DNA of 64,000 nucleotides from an uncultured Verrucomicrobiae bacterium (GTDB lineage Bacteria; Verrucomicrobiota; Verrucomicrobiia; Limisphaerales; JAFGQR01): NCBI GenBank assembly GCA_963788655.1, contig CAWBHS010000072.1, positions 192,001 to 256,000 of the forward strand, read 5' to 3'. Shown piece by piece: positions 1 to 9,265 of this stretch (position 1 is its first letter; each line of letters starts with the position of its first letter). The notes under the pieces were generated by a model. It saw only the letters and a program-made list of their open reading frames with translations, ran no database searches and was not told where the DNA came from. The position numbers and the translations under genes were made by a program.

Positions 1-3000
1 TCTGCACTTCATACACCCGCATTTTGAATTCGTTGTCCGCGGTATCCAGGTATTGCACCAGCACAAACGGATGCGAGGTAAACGTCGCGGGATTTTCCAG
101 CCGTTCATCAAACATCAGGTTCGAACGGTTGAAGCGGTTCAGGTCATTGGCGCGTAGCGCATACGCCGCGGGGGGGCGGGGCGACGCCGTCCGGTAGCGC
201 CAGGAGGGTGCCATCAACGCGTGTTCCTCGTTGGGATTGTATCCCGGCTGATCCGGATCGGGCTGGTTGTAGATTTGGACTTGCTGGAGCCGGGAAGGAT
301 TGTAGGTGGTCTCGGCCGGCAGAATGTTGGTGATGATTTCCCCGGTCGTCCCCACAAACAGGTTGGTCACGGCCGCGGCCACCACCTGATCCAGTCCATT
401 GGTGTTCACACTTTCGCTGCCAAACTCGCTGGCAATCACAATTCGGCCCAAACCTTCCGCTGCGCTCACGGGCCACCGCGGCAAATACACCCGGGCCCGG
501 TGGGGCCAGATCAATTTGTCGTTGTGCGTGGGATCATCGTACCACACCACGACCACGCGCTGCGTGCTGGAGGCGCCGGGGTGCAGGTTCACCGGGATGA
601 TCGGACCGGGTAAATTGTTTCTCTGGACGACGATTTTTTGGCCCGCCGCCGAGTCGAGCGCGGCCATGTCGTAAATATCTTGGGCGGCCAATCCTTCGAG
701 CTTGGTGGCGTCGTAAACAAACGGATTGTAGCGCGCGCCGTCGAACATGAGGTAACCGGTTCCCAGATTGGCGTTGTCATAAACCGGGTCAGTGATCTTG
801 GTGCCAATCGGCACGGTGCGACTGGCTGGTAATTGGTCGTTCCAACGGCGGCTGTCCACCACCCGCACTTGGAGATATTCGCGCGGTTGGCCGCGGCCCA
901 CGCGCTGGATTTCCGAGAACAACAGCACGGACTTCCCGGGCTGGCTGGCATAAAAGCGCTGATTACCATCCACCACCGCCTGGCTTTCGGTGTATTTCAG
1001 TTCCTTGAAAATGAAATTGTCATTGGGATCCGGGTCCAACGCGACGCCGGGCGTATCGACAATGTGCGGATAATGGGCCGGCTCCGGGTAGGTGGCGGTG
1101 ACGATGACTTCGACGGCGTTGCTCGACGCGGCATCGGGCCGCCATTGCACTTTGAAAATGCCGGGTACCACGGGGTACAGCTTGGCGGCCACGGGATCCC
1201 ACACGGCCATTTCCGAGGCATTGGTGTTCAGGCCGGTAACCGCCACCTTGGTGATCTGGTCGGGCTGATTGGTAAACGTGAAGGCGTTGACCGGCTCGTT
1301 TTGAAATACGTATTCGCCAATGTGCGCATGGGTCTTCATCTGCTGATCGCCGTAACGCCATAAGACGCGCGCGGCGCGCTGGAGGTCAGGAATGACCAAT
1401 CCCCGGTGCAGGCGGCTTTGACCGTCGAAATACGCTGGTTCCCAGTTGCCGGCGGGACTGTGATCGGCGCGTTCGCCCGGTCCACCCTGGATCAGGCTGC
1501 CGTCGGTGCTGTCAATTTCGCCGCTGGAACTGAAATAGAAGCCATCTCCATTGAACCACCCGGACAAGGTCTTGCCTCCGGTTGCCGGGTCATTCGCGCG
1601 GCAACCGATCCGGACAGTGGTGCCCGGATTGAACCAATACTTACCCTCCAGATCGCCGACTTCCAAAAACGTGGTGCCGTTAAGCCGGTCCACTTTGGGC
1701 AACGCCACGCGGCTGGGATCATCGGCATTGACCTGCACCCCGAACTGGATTTGCCACACGTAAGTGATGCCCGCCGGGCCATACATGATGAAGCTGCTGC
1801 CGCTTTGGCCGGGCGTGCTGGCCGCAGGCACCTGGTAGCGTGAGGGGGGGGACTGAGCCACGCCGGAGGGATCGCTGGGATTGAACGGCTCAATGGCCAC
1901 CGCATTGGTCCGGATGTCCGAGCCCGGATTGCTGAAACGCAGGCTCTCGTCAATGGTCTGCGAACTCTGCTTATTGGGCGGCCCGTAGGCCCGATAGGCA
2001 ATGGGCACATACCGGATGTCCAGACCCGGCCGGCTAAAGTCTTGCACCTGACCGTCAATCGTGGCAATGACCGGCTCACCAGCCTTGATCCAATGTTTGC
2101 GCGCTTCAGGGATAGGATTGCCGACGGCTTTGGATTCCAACGGCCCGGCCCAGGGTTTGCCGGTTTCATCAAGGTCCTGGCTGGCGGTCAGGGTGAAATC
2201 ATGATCAATCGTCAGGGCATATTCGTGGATCCACTTGACGGTGATCGCCGTGTTCTTGGTGATTTCGAATCGATACAAAGTGGGATCGCCGGTCTGTGGC
2301 ACGTTGTCCACGGAAATGCCCTTGGCCGTAAAGCGTTCCTCCGCACTGGCAATGGCCTGGGGATCGGCCTGGACGCTGTCGGTGATGTTCGAGCCAAAGA
2401 TGTTCATGTACACTTGCTGCGGCGCGCGCACCTCGATGATGTCGCCATCCTGCACGGACAGCCGCACTTTTGAGCCGATGAACTGGTTGGTGGGAATGTT
2501 TAACGCGGTGTTGGTAAAGGTCTGGTCGTTGATGGCCGCAGTGACCACGCGCACCGGAATGCCGCCGACTTCAGTGATGGACGCAATGTCCAAATCCCAG
2601 CGCGGTCGCGGCAGGCTGAACGTGTATTTGGACTGGCCGGCGGTCGAGTCGGGCAACGTCAACGTAGCGGATAGCCCACCACCATCGACCCGAATCGTGG
2701 CATTGGGCGCCCCGCCATTATTGAAGAACACCGTTCGATAATCCTGAATCGTGCTGCTGCTGGTGGGCGTGTCCAGATCCACGTACATGCTAAAGCTTTC
2801 GCCCGGGTCAAAGCCACTCAGGCTCATGATCACAAACGGAGAACGCGTGCCGCCGCCCGTGTCCTGGTCCGGCGAACTGAGTGAGATGCTGCCGCCCGAC
2901 GGTTCTGAAAAGTTGAAGGCAGCATCAAACCAACGGGTCGCATCGCCAATATACATAATGAAATTGGTGATCTGCACCGATCGGGAATTATTGGTAACCT

Positions 3001-3169
3001 TGACCCGGGGGGCGTCGCCGGACCCGCTCAACTCGATGGTAAAGGCCAGGTATGGATTCGGGGATTGTCCGGCGGCGCGCTCAGCCAGGGGCAGCAAAGC
3101 CAGCGCTGCCAGGAGCCAGTAGGACCGGCTCCCGACCAGGATTTTCCGAAAGGAATGAAGCGTTCTCAT
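1..3169 (-). CDS. Giant exported hypothetical protein (>1056 aa, truncated at window edge)
   Basis: Not in the ORF track because it has no stop in the window. Manual translation from ATG 3169 (MRTLHSFRKILVGSRSYWLLAALALLPLAERAAGQ, signal-peptide-like) appeared open to the edge (...QVQIYNQPDPDQPGYNPNEEHALMAPS...HPFVLVQYLDTADNEFKMRVYEVQ). It is beta-strand/Gly/Pro rich and starts 9 bp after the stop of the upstream gene. Confidence 0.85.
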   Translation of the reverse strand, partial: MRTLHSFRKILVGSRSYWLLAALALLPLAERAAGQSPNPYLAFTIELSGSGDAPRVKVTNNSRSVQITNFIMYIGDATRWFDAAFNFSEPSGGSISLSSPDQDTGGGTRSPFVIMSLSGFDPGESFSMYVDLDTPTSSSTIQDYRTVFFNNGGAPNATIRVDGGGLSATLTLPDSTAGQSKYTFSLPRPRWDLDIASITEVGGIPVRVVTAAINDQTFTNTALNIPTNQFIGSKVRLSVQDGDIIEVRAPQQVYMNIFGSNITDSVQADPQAIASAEERFTAKGISVDNVPQTGDPTLYRFEITKNTAITVKWIHEYALTIDHDFTLTASQDLDETGKPWAGPLESKAVGNPIPEARKHWIKAGEPVIATIDGQVQDFSRPGLDIRYVPIAYRAYGPPNKQSSQTIDESLRFSNPGSDIRTNAVAIEPFNPSDPSGVAQSPPSRYQVPAASTPGQSGSSFIMYGPAGITYVWQIQFGVQVNADDPSRVALPKVDRLNGTTFLEVGDLEGKYWFNPGTTVRIGCRANDPATGGKTLSGWFNGDGFYFSSSGEIDSTDGSLIQGGPGERADHSPAGNWEPAYFDGQSRLHRGLVIPDLQRAARVLWRYGDQQMKTHAHIGEYVFQNEPVNAFTFTNQPDQITKVAVTGLNTNASEMAVWDPVAAKLYPVVPGIFKVQWRPDAASSNAVEVIVTATYPEPAHYPHIVDTPGVALDPDPNDNFIFKELKYTESQAVVDGNQRFYASQPGKSVLLFSEIQRVGRGQPREYLQVRVVDSRRWNDQLPASRTVPIGTKITDPVYDNANLGTGYLMFDGARYNPFVYDATKLEGLAAQDIYDMAALDSAAGQKIVVQRNNLPGPIIPVNLHPGASSTQRVVVVWYDDPTHNDKLIWPHRARVYLPRWPVSAAEGLGRIVIASEFGSESVNTNGLDQVVAAAVTNLFVGTTGEIITNILPAETTYNPSRLQQVQIYNQPDPDQPGYNPNEEHALMAPSWRYRTASPRPPAAYALRANDLNRFNRSNLMFDERLENPATFTSHPFVLVQYLDTADNEFKMRVYEVQ

Positions 3170-3178
3170 GGCGGTATC

Positions 3179-5116
3179 TCAGCGGGCGTTTAAGGTGTCA
3201 ATGAAGCTGATGCGGTTCAACTCGAAGGTGCCTTCCACCTTCAAGCCAATGGGATCCGTCTGCGGATCGGGCCCCAGCGGCTTGTGCAAGCCGAAAATTT
3301 CTTCACGGTAAACTCCGGTGATCCGGTCCACGCCATAGCCGGCGCGGGCCAGTCCGTTGGTGGGCGCGGGATCAAAATCCAAACGGAGCCGGCGGGTGAT
3401 GTCGAAGCCCACCTGGTTATCCGGATGCCGACGATGGCGAAATGGATTGGTGGGATGATTGGCCGGCAGATAAATGGTGCCCTGCAATCCCGCCTCGTCG
3501 CTCAACGGGGCTTCATTGTTCTCCTTGATCGCCCACGTCAGCCGCGGATCGCCTTGCCCGGGCGCGAAGGTTCCCACCAAGGGTAACTCCGTCCGCTCGG
3601 CCCGCGCCGCGGCGGATTGGACGCTTTGCAGGGCCTGCGCCGCTGCCTGTTTCGCCGCGCCCTGGAGCGAAGCCAGGGTGTACAACGCGTTGTTGCGTTT
3701 CTCGGAAACCGCTCCTTCCGCCGCCGCTTGGGCCGCCACGGTCGCGCTGGAACGGAAGCCAGCCGTACGCACAAACTCATTGAAGTCCAGCGTCGGCGCA
3801 TCGGCCGGTACCGCATAGCGCGGCACTTGCGACGCCAGCGCTTCCCGACCGGCAGTGTCGGCGGTGGATTGAATTTCCGTCTGGACGCGGGTGGTATTGG
3901 TCAACGAATCCGTGGCACTGGCAATGATGGCGTCCAAGGTCACGTCAATGGCGGTCGTCGCCCGGGTGTCCTCGTATTGCGGCACCTTCAAGCGGAGTGC
4001 TTCGGTCCGGGCGTCATTCACCGCGGGATCCGCTTCCACCACACTGCGAATGGACGCTCCCGAAGCACTGACATTCGTGGCCGCCTGGGCGGCCGATGCC
4101 GCTGCGGCGGCAATCATATCGCCAAATAATTTGCCGGCGATGAAACGCGGGTAATCGGCAGTTACGTCAGCGTATGATGCCGCCGCATTCTGAGCGGCGT
4201 TTGTCGGGTTGGCATTTTGAGAAAGTGCATCGACGGTCGCGGCCACCACGGCGTGGACCATTTCCATCGCCCGGGAATCGGAATAAGAGGATTGGGCTTG
4301 GAGATTGGTGGCCGCCACCAAGGCGGGCTGCGCGGCGTTGGTGGCGTCGGTGGCATTGCCCGCGGCGGCAATCGTATTCACCACGGACGAGTTGATATTG
4401 GTGCTGCCGAGAAACACCGCAAATGCGTCCGCTACGTCGGCATTCTGCACTACCGGTCCGGCGGCGTTGGTGGCGGCGGCAAACGCGGCGTCCGTGGCAC
4501 TTTGCCGGCGGGCGACGGTGCTCAGGTCGTTGGCCGGGTTGTTGAATAGGGAGGCGCCGGCGGCGTTGGCCGCTTCTTCAATGACTTTGTTCACCATTTC
4601 ACTGGCCCGGCTGTCACCAAAATCGAAGACCGCGCTGGCATATCGGATGGCCGGTTGCGGCGGAAACTCCGGGTAAAGCCGTTCGTCGGTCACCAAGGAC
4701 AGGTCGCTTTCGGCCGTGAGGAGATCGCGCGAGGAAGTGAGCACGTCGGAATTGGTCGTCACGTTGGCCACGTTGCCACTGCCGGAGTAATCATTGCCGG
4801 TTTTGCGATTCAAAATAGCGACGTCCTTGAGCAGGCTGGTTTGGCCGGCGCCATTGACGTGCAGAATCAACCGCAGGTTGGCCTGGTCGCTGGTGGGCGT
4901 GGTGACGTTGGGATCGGGCGCGCGGGGAACGTTGTTGGCATCGAGCGGCGTGGTCACTTCATTGACGTAATTCAATGTGACCTGGCCGACCCACAATCCC
5001 CGGTAAGTGGCGGCTTGGCTCCAGGCCGAATTCAGCGGCGTCAGCAGCAGCAGGCTGGCAGCGAGCAGGGCCCCGTGGCGAAAGCAAAGTGTTGGCGCGT
5101 GCATAGTTTTTGGCAT
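3179..5116 (-). CDS. Exported hypothetical protein (GLWVG...HPTNPFRHRRHPD motifs) with central Ala-rich helical repeats
   Basis: 645-aa ORF with a signal peptide (LLAASLLLLTPLNSAWSQA), an N-terminal YRGLWVGQVTL motif, a C-terminal HPTNPFRHRRHPDN...GVYREEIFGL...GTFELNRIS region and an Ala-rich middle. Confidence 0.85.
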   Translation of the reverse strand: MPKTMHAPTLCFRHGALLAASLLLLTPLNSAWSQAATYRGLWVGQVTLNYVNEVTTPLDANNVPRAPDPNVTTPTSDQANLRLILHVNGAGQTSLLKDVAILNRKTGNDYSGSGNVANVTTNSDVLTSSRDLLTAESDLSLVTDERLYPEFPPQPAIRYASAVFDFGDSRASEMVNKVIEEAANAAGASLFNNPANDLSTVARRQSATDAAFAAATNAAGPVVQNADVADAFAVFLGSTNINSSVVNTIAAAGNATDATNAAQPALVAATNLQAQSSYSDSRAMEMVHAVVAATVDALSQNANPTNAAQNAAASYADVTADYPRFIAGKLFGDMIAAAAASAAQAATNVSASGASIRSVVEADPAVNDARTEALRLKVPQYEDTRATTAIDVTLDAIIASATDSLTNTTRVQTEIQSTADTAGREALASQVPRYAVPADAPTLDFNEFVRTAGFRSSATVAAQAAAEGAVSEKRNNALYTLASLQGAAKQAAAQALQSVQSAAARAERTELPLVGTFAPGQGDPRLTWAIKENNEAPLSDEAGLQGTIYLPANHPTNPFRHRRHPDNQVGFDITRRLRLDFDPAPTNGLARAGYGVDRITGVYREEIFGLHKPLGPDPQTDPIGLKVEGTFELNRISFIDTLNAR

Positions 5117-5134
5117 TAGGGCAATGGGTTGGGC

Positions 5135-6286
5135 TCAATTCTCCTTGAGGTCCGGGCGGAGGCCGACCACGGGAATCCACACTTCTGTGCCCATGTCCGT
5201 TGTGACTTTGAGCAAGGATTCCTGGAGCGGCGATTGCATATCCTGGATTCGCGCTTCCAGCGGCAAGCGCAGCGCCTGGCCGGCTTCCAGTGGCGGGATC
5301 GCCTGGGTCCAGGCTCCGGCGGGTTTCGCCACCGCGGCGGCGCCGACCAGATCCGTCGGCGTGCCCGTGACCAGCAGCACAAAGGACAACGGCACCGGGG
5401 GCGCCGTCGAGGTTACGTGCTGCAACGTCGGTGTGATGGGATGGTCCGAAACGTTGCGCAAGATCAGTTGTTCCTGACCGGCGCCCAGGACCAGTCCATG
5501 CCGGGAACTGGGTTCCACCAGCAACGGTCCCTGATACGTCGAAGCGCTGTCGCAATAAATCCAAAACGCTTCGCCCGAACGCATCGCGGTGCCGGCCGGA
5601 TTGGCCACCCGCTGCCAGGTGTCCTGTACCAACCGGTAAATGCGAAGTTGCTGATGGGCTGGCGACGGACTGAAGAATTGCGTGAAGGTCGGCGGCGCCT
5701 GCGGGTCCAGCGAGAAACCCACCAGGTTGTAAGCATTGGCCTGCCAACGAATGGCCGGTGGTTCGACGGAGCCGGTGACCTGCCAGGTGTATTCTCCGGT
5801 GGCGTGAAGGAGATAGGCCTGCTGGCCGAACACCCCATACAAAGTCTTCAAAAATGCGTCGGGCCGATCCGCCGCGTACCAGACGCCCCAGCCGGCCTGG
5901 CGGAAGAGGTTGGCGCCCGGATCGGTCATGAATTGGGCCGAAGAACTGGGTGCATAATACGCCGCGGCAATGTCAACGGGCGTGCCGGCAAATACGGTGG
6001 CGGGATTGGAATCAGCCGGCTGCACCTCGAGATACACCGCGTTCCAGCCGGAGTGAAGTTGGATGGTCTGCAAACGCGTCGGAGCGGCGAGCGCCGCGTG
6101 AATGGCCAACGCCAGCATCACCCCTCCAAGCACGCACCGGCAAACTGTCGCCGCCGAGGTAACGAGGCGGATGCGTCGGCGAACATTGCGGTCCGCCTCC
6201 ACACGTCGGCGGCCACAAGTTGCCGCGCTTTGCAAATACGGTCGGAGGCCGTGGCGGACCAAGGAGGATGGAAATTTGGCATTCAT
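5135..6286 (-). CDS. Exported hypothetical protein (LHSGWNAVYLEVQP motif)
   Basis: 383-aa ORF. An alternative start is ATG 6118 (MLALAIHAALAA, signal peptide). Motifs QTIQLHSGWNAVYLEVQP, YNLVGFSL and GEAFWIYC. Ends 18 bp before the next gene. Confidence 0.8.
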   Translation of the reverse strand: MNAKFPSSLVRHGLRPYLQSAATCGRRRVEADRNVRRRIRLVTSAATVCRCVLGGVMLALAIHAALAAPTRLQTIQLHSGWNAVYLEVQPADSNPATVFAGTPVDIAAAYYAPSSSAQFMTDPGANLFRQAGWGVWYAADRPDAFLKTLYGVFGQQAYLLHATGEYTWQVTGSVEPPAIRWQANAYNLVGFSLDPQAPPTFTQFFSPSPAHQQLRIYRLVQDTWQRVANPAGTAMRSGEAFWIYCDSASTYQGPLLVEPSSRHGLVLGAGQEQLILRNVSDHPITPTLQHVTSTAPPVPLSFVLLVTGTPTDLVGAAAVAKPAGAWTQAIPPLEAGQALRLPLEARIQDMQSPLQESLLKVTTDMGTEVWIPVVGLRPDLKEN

Positions 6287-6305
6287 GGGAGCATGGCGCA
6301 GAAGT

Positions 6306-6704
6306 TCACGCGGGAGGGTTCTGGTTCGCGGAGGACGAACCCGGCAAAGAATCGGGCGGCGGGCTGAGGTTCATGATCTGATAGGCAGCAAACAAGTTAT
6401 CTTTGGGCACAAAGCCGCAGGCCCCCGCCTCGGTGGCCATTTGGCGCAAACGTGGGTTGACGTGTTCGGAAACAATGACGACGCGCGCTTCAGGATGGGA
6501 ATTCTTGATTTGGCGGGTGGCGGTGATGCCATCGAGTTCTTTCATGGCAATGTCCATCAGCACCCATTCCGGACGGTGCTCTTCGTAAGCCGCCTTGGCT
6601 TCCGAGCCATCGGTACAGAACAGCACTTGATGGTCGGCGGAATCAAACAGACTTTTTAACATTTCGCGCATCCCTCGGTGATCGTCCACTATCATAATCT
6701 TCAT
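6306..6704 (-). CDS. Stand-alone response regulator receiver protein
   Basis: MKIMIVDDH...WVLMDIAMKELDG...GFVPK; single REC domain with no output domain. Confidence 0.9.
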   Translation of the reverse strand: MKIMIVDDHRGMREMLKSLFDSADHQVLFCTDGSEAKAAYEEHRPEWVLMDIAMKELDGITATRQIKNSHPEARVVIVSEHVNPRLRQMATEAGACGFVPKDNLFAAYQIMNLSPPPDSLPGSSSANQNPPA

Positions 6705-6817
6705 GGAACGGCATCTTCCTGGATCAGCGTCCGCGTCGTGGTCGTTTGGTAATCAATGGCGGACAAGTTACGGGATTGGTGTCCGGCATGGGAATCGAGG
6801 GGCACACCGATTTTACG

Positions 6818-6847
6818 CTAAGTAGGCGCACGGTTTTTTCTAAGTAG
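6818..6847 (-). promoter_or_regulatory. Candidate regulator-binding direct repeat (CTACTTAG x2, 22-bp spacing)
   Basis: ctaagtag at 6818-6825 and 6840-6847, upstream of the receiver/exported-protein operon. Function is inferred only. Confidence 0.3.
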
Positions 6848-7193
6848 CAATGCGTACGTGCGGATCGGACGTGTCGGTAGAGGCGTCACGGGTATCACGG
6901 GTAATTGTTGAATTGATGTCCTTCCTTGCTGGCCGAGAGACGGAGGCAGATTCAATCGTGTTCTGCTCGCTCTGATCAAACGCTTGCATTCACGGTCACG
7001 CTGTCCGCGATCCCAAACTTGGGCGTGAAGAAGATCAGGAGCAAGCGTAAGAGCAAGAGCAAGAACTGGAATTACGGTTGCGTGAGAGAAACAGTGTACA
7101 AAATTACCGGAACGTGGAATTGCTGGTCTTGGATCCCACCTTCAAGCGACTTGGGCTTGGTGCCGTGTAAAAGCGGCAGTCAGTTGGCGACGG

Positions 7194-7847
7194 TCAGAGA
7201 GCGGATTGATTCTGGATGGCGAATTGCAGCAGCCGATGACTGCCGCGCAATTCGAGTTTGGTGCAGATATTGGCGCGATGCGCTTCCACCGTGCGGTAGC
7301 TGATGAACAGTTCTTTGGCGATTTCTTTGCTGGTTTTGTTCAAGGCCACCAACTTCAGGATACGCCGTTCCGCGGTCGTCAAACTGTCCAGACCCGCGCA
7401 GGCGGTGGCCAAGCGCGCCCCGTGCTGTTGACGCCGCAACAAGCAACCGGACATGGATGGACTTAAGTAATATTCCCCTTGGGCCACCTTCCGCACACAC
7501 GCGACAATGTCGCCCACCGCATTATCTTTGAGCAGGTAGCCCTTGATCCCGAGGTTCATGGCCGCATTGAACATGCCCTCGTCATTGTACATTGTAAGGA
7601 TGGCGACATGCACCGGCAGTCGCAGTTCCGACAACTTGCGGCACAATTCCAACCCATCCAAATGCGGCAGGTTGACGTCCACAATGGCCACGTCCGGATT
7701 GACTTTGGCAATCATGTCCAAGGCTTCCAGGCCATCCGCGGCTTCGCCCACCCAGGAAAAGTCGGGTTCGACATCAATCACCTGGCGCAAGCCTTGGCGA
7801 AACACTGGATGATCGTCCACAATCACGACTCGAATTGTTCTCTTCAT
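7194..7847 (-). CDS. NarL/FixJ-family response regulator (REC + LuxR HTH)
   Basis: Likely start MKRTIRVVIVDDHPVFRQGL; HTH region LTTAERRILKLVALNKTSKEIAKELFISYRTVEAHRANICTKL. Confidence 0.93.
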   Translation of the reverse strand: MKRTIRVVIVDDHPVFRQGLRQVIDVEPDFSWVGEAADGLEALDMIAKVNPDVAIVDVNLPHLDGLELCRKLSELRLPVHVAILTMYNDEGMFNAAMNLGIKGYLLKDNAVGDIVACVRKVAQGEYYLSPSMSGCLLRRQQHGARLATACAGLDSLTTAERRILKLVALNKTSKEIAKELFISYRTVEAHRANICTKLELRGSHRLLQFAIQNQSAL

Positions 7848-7906
7848 AGCACCTCGCGCGTTACACCTTCGATCCGTTGGGCGATGCAACTGATTTCAAA
7901 ATGTTC

Positions 7907-8899
7907 CTAGCCACCCTGGCAAAGCGCCTGCCAACGTCCGTTACGTCGCTTAGCCGGCGGCAATTCTTCTTTGATCGGCAACGTAATATTCAGCCGCGTG
8001 CCGCGGCCGGGGTGACTCACCAAATCGAAAACACCTCCCAATAGGTGGATCCGTTCGGCCATGTCGGCAAGCCCGAAACTGCCCTGAATCGCGCGGCCCG
8101 CCTCGAAACCGCAACCATGATCTTGAATCAAGAGGCGAATCTCGCGGAGATCCCGCTGGAGATCGACGCGGGCCGAACCGGCCTGTGCGTGTTTGATCAC
8201 GTTGTTAAGGGCTTCCTGCACCACGCGGTAAAGGCTGATGGCGGATTTGGCATCCAACAAATCATCAATGGGTTCCAGATGCGTCTCGATGGCCAGGGGC
8301 GTCGAAGCGGCCACTTGCTCGATCATGGTCGCCAGCGCCTCGGTAAATCCCAGATGCTCCAAGTGATGCGTGCCCAGACTGTGGGCCACCCGACGGACCT
8401 CTTCAATGGCCTCGGACGATAGCTTGGAAATCCCGTCCAATTGGGTCCTAACCGCGCCGTGGTCATCCGTCGAAGCCAAGGCCAGCAAACAACGGTTCTT
8501 GATGATCAAAAGATCCTGTCCCAAGCTGTCGTGCAGTTCGGAAGCAATGCGGTGCCGTTCCTTTTCTTGCGAAGCGAGCATTCGGCGGGACAACGCTTCC
8601 TTGGACTCTCGTTCCTGGCGCAACCGCAAACTGCGCGAACGGCACAATGTCAAGGCAACTCCCACCAAGGTCACGCCGAGAAGGCTCAGGAACCACCAGG
8701 AAGTTTGCCAGGCCGGCAACGAGAACACTCCCGCCAGCGGAAACCATCCGGTTCGCAAAGCCAGTGTTTCGGAGGGAGGTGCGCCCGCGGTCCGCGGGTC
8801 AACAGTCCTCCCCAAGGCGAAACTTATTCGCGACCTAAGTTCGCCCCAAGCTGTCGTAGGGCATGCCGCTGGCAATATCATCATGATCCCAAAAACCAC
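7907..8899 (-). CDS. NarX-like (HisKA_3) sensor histidine kinase with minimal sensor region
   Basis: ERHRIASELHDSLGQ H-box, QEALNNVIKHA N-box, DHGCGF, FGLADMAER; TM segment after PAWQTSWWF. Start uncertain (8899 or 8884). Confidence 0.9.
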   Translation of the reverse strand: MVFGIMMILPAACPTTAWGELRSRISFALGRTVDPRTAGAPPSETLALRTGWFPLAGVFSLPAWQTSWWFLSLLGVTLVGVALTLCRSRSLRLRQERESKEALSRRMLASQEKERHRIASELHDSLGQDLLIIKNRCLLALASTDDHGAVRTQLDGISKLSSEAIEEVRRVAHSLGTHHLEHLGFTEALATMIEQVAASTPLAIETHLEPIDDLLDAKSAISLYRVVQEALNNVIKHAQAGSARVDLQRDLREIRLLIQDHGCGFEAGRAIQGSFGLADMAERIHLLGGVFDLVSHPGRGTRLNITLPIKEELPPAKRRNGRWQALCQGG

Positions 8900-9265
8900 A
8901 CGTCACATTAACCCCAGCGAACGGCGCTTTCCTGCCCGGACGCTTCCATTAACCAGGAAACGCAAGCGATTGAGCGCACGCCGAATTCCGCGTTGGCCGA
9001 AATCCTAGAACATCCCGCCGTCCATGCCAAGCGCTCTGTGCATTAAGGTGCGGGCCATCGTCGATGAGGGTTGGAGCCATTCTTGATGTATTCAAAGGTA
9101 ATACTGCTTCCGCCGATGCCCGCGCGACCGCGGTGCGGCCTGGCCGCCAGCAAACAGACGCCGGCTGAACACCCGGACCAACTGAACGGGGCCGGCGCAA
9201 AACCGATCCGATAATCCAATTCCGGCGTCGCTTATTCCGTAAAGAATCCAAACTGCTGGATACAT

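Noticed and set aside
144..3122. Many short track ORFs on both strands
   Set aside because: They are shadows of the single long minus-strand frame 1-3169.
7030..7065. agcaag hexamer tract (and octamer-like tracts near 16690, 29480 and 59700) as regulatory elements
   Set aside because: Short, degenerate, low-complexity runs with no support for function.
8949..9251. 100-aa ORF between the kinase and the AlkD-like gene
   Set aside because: No recognisable motif and a weak start; more likely the promoter region of the kinase.
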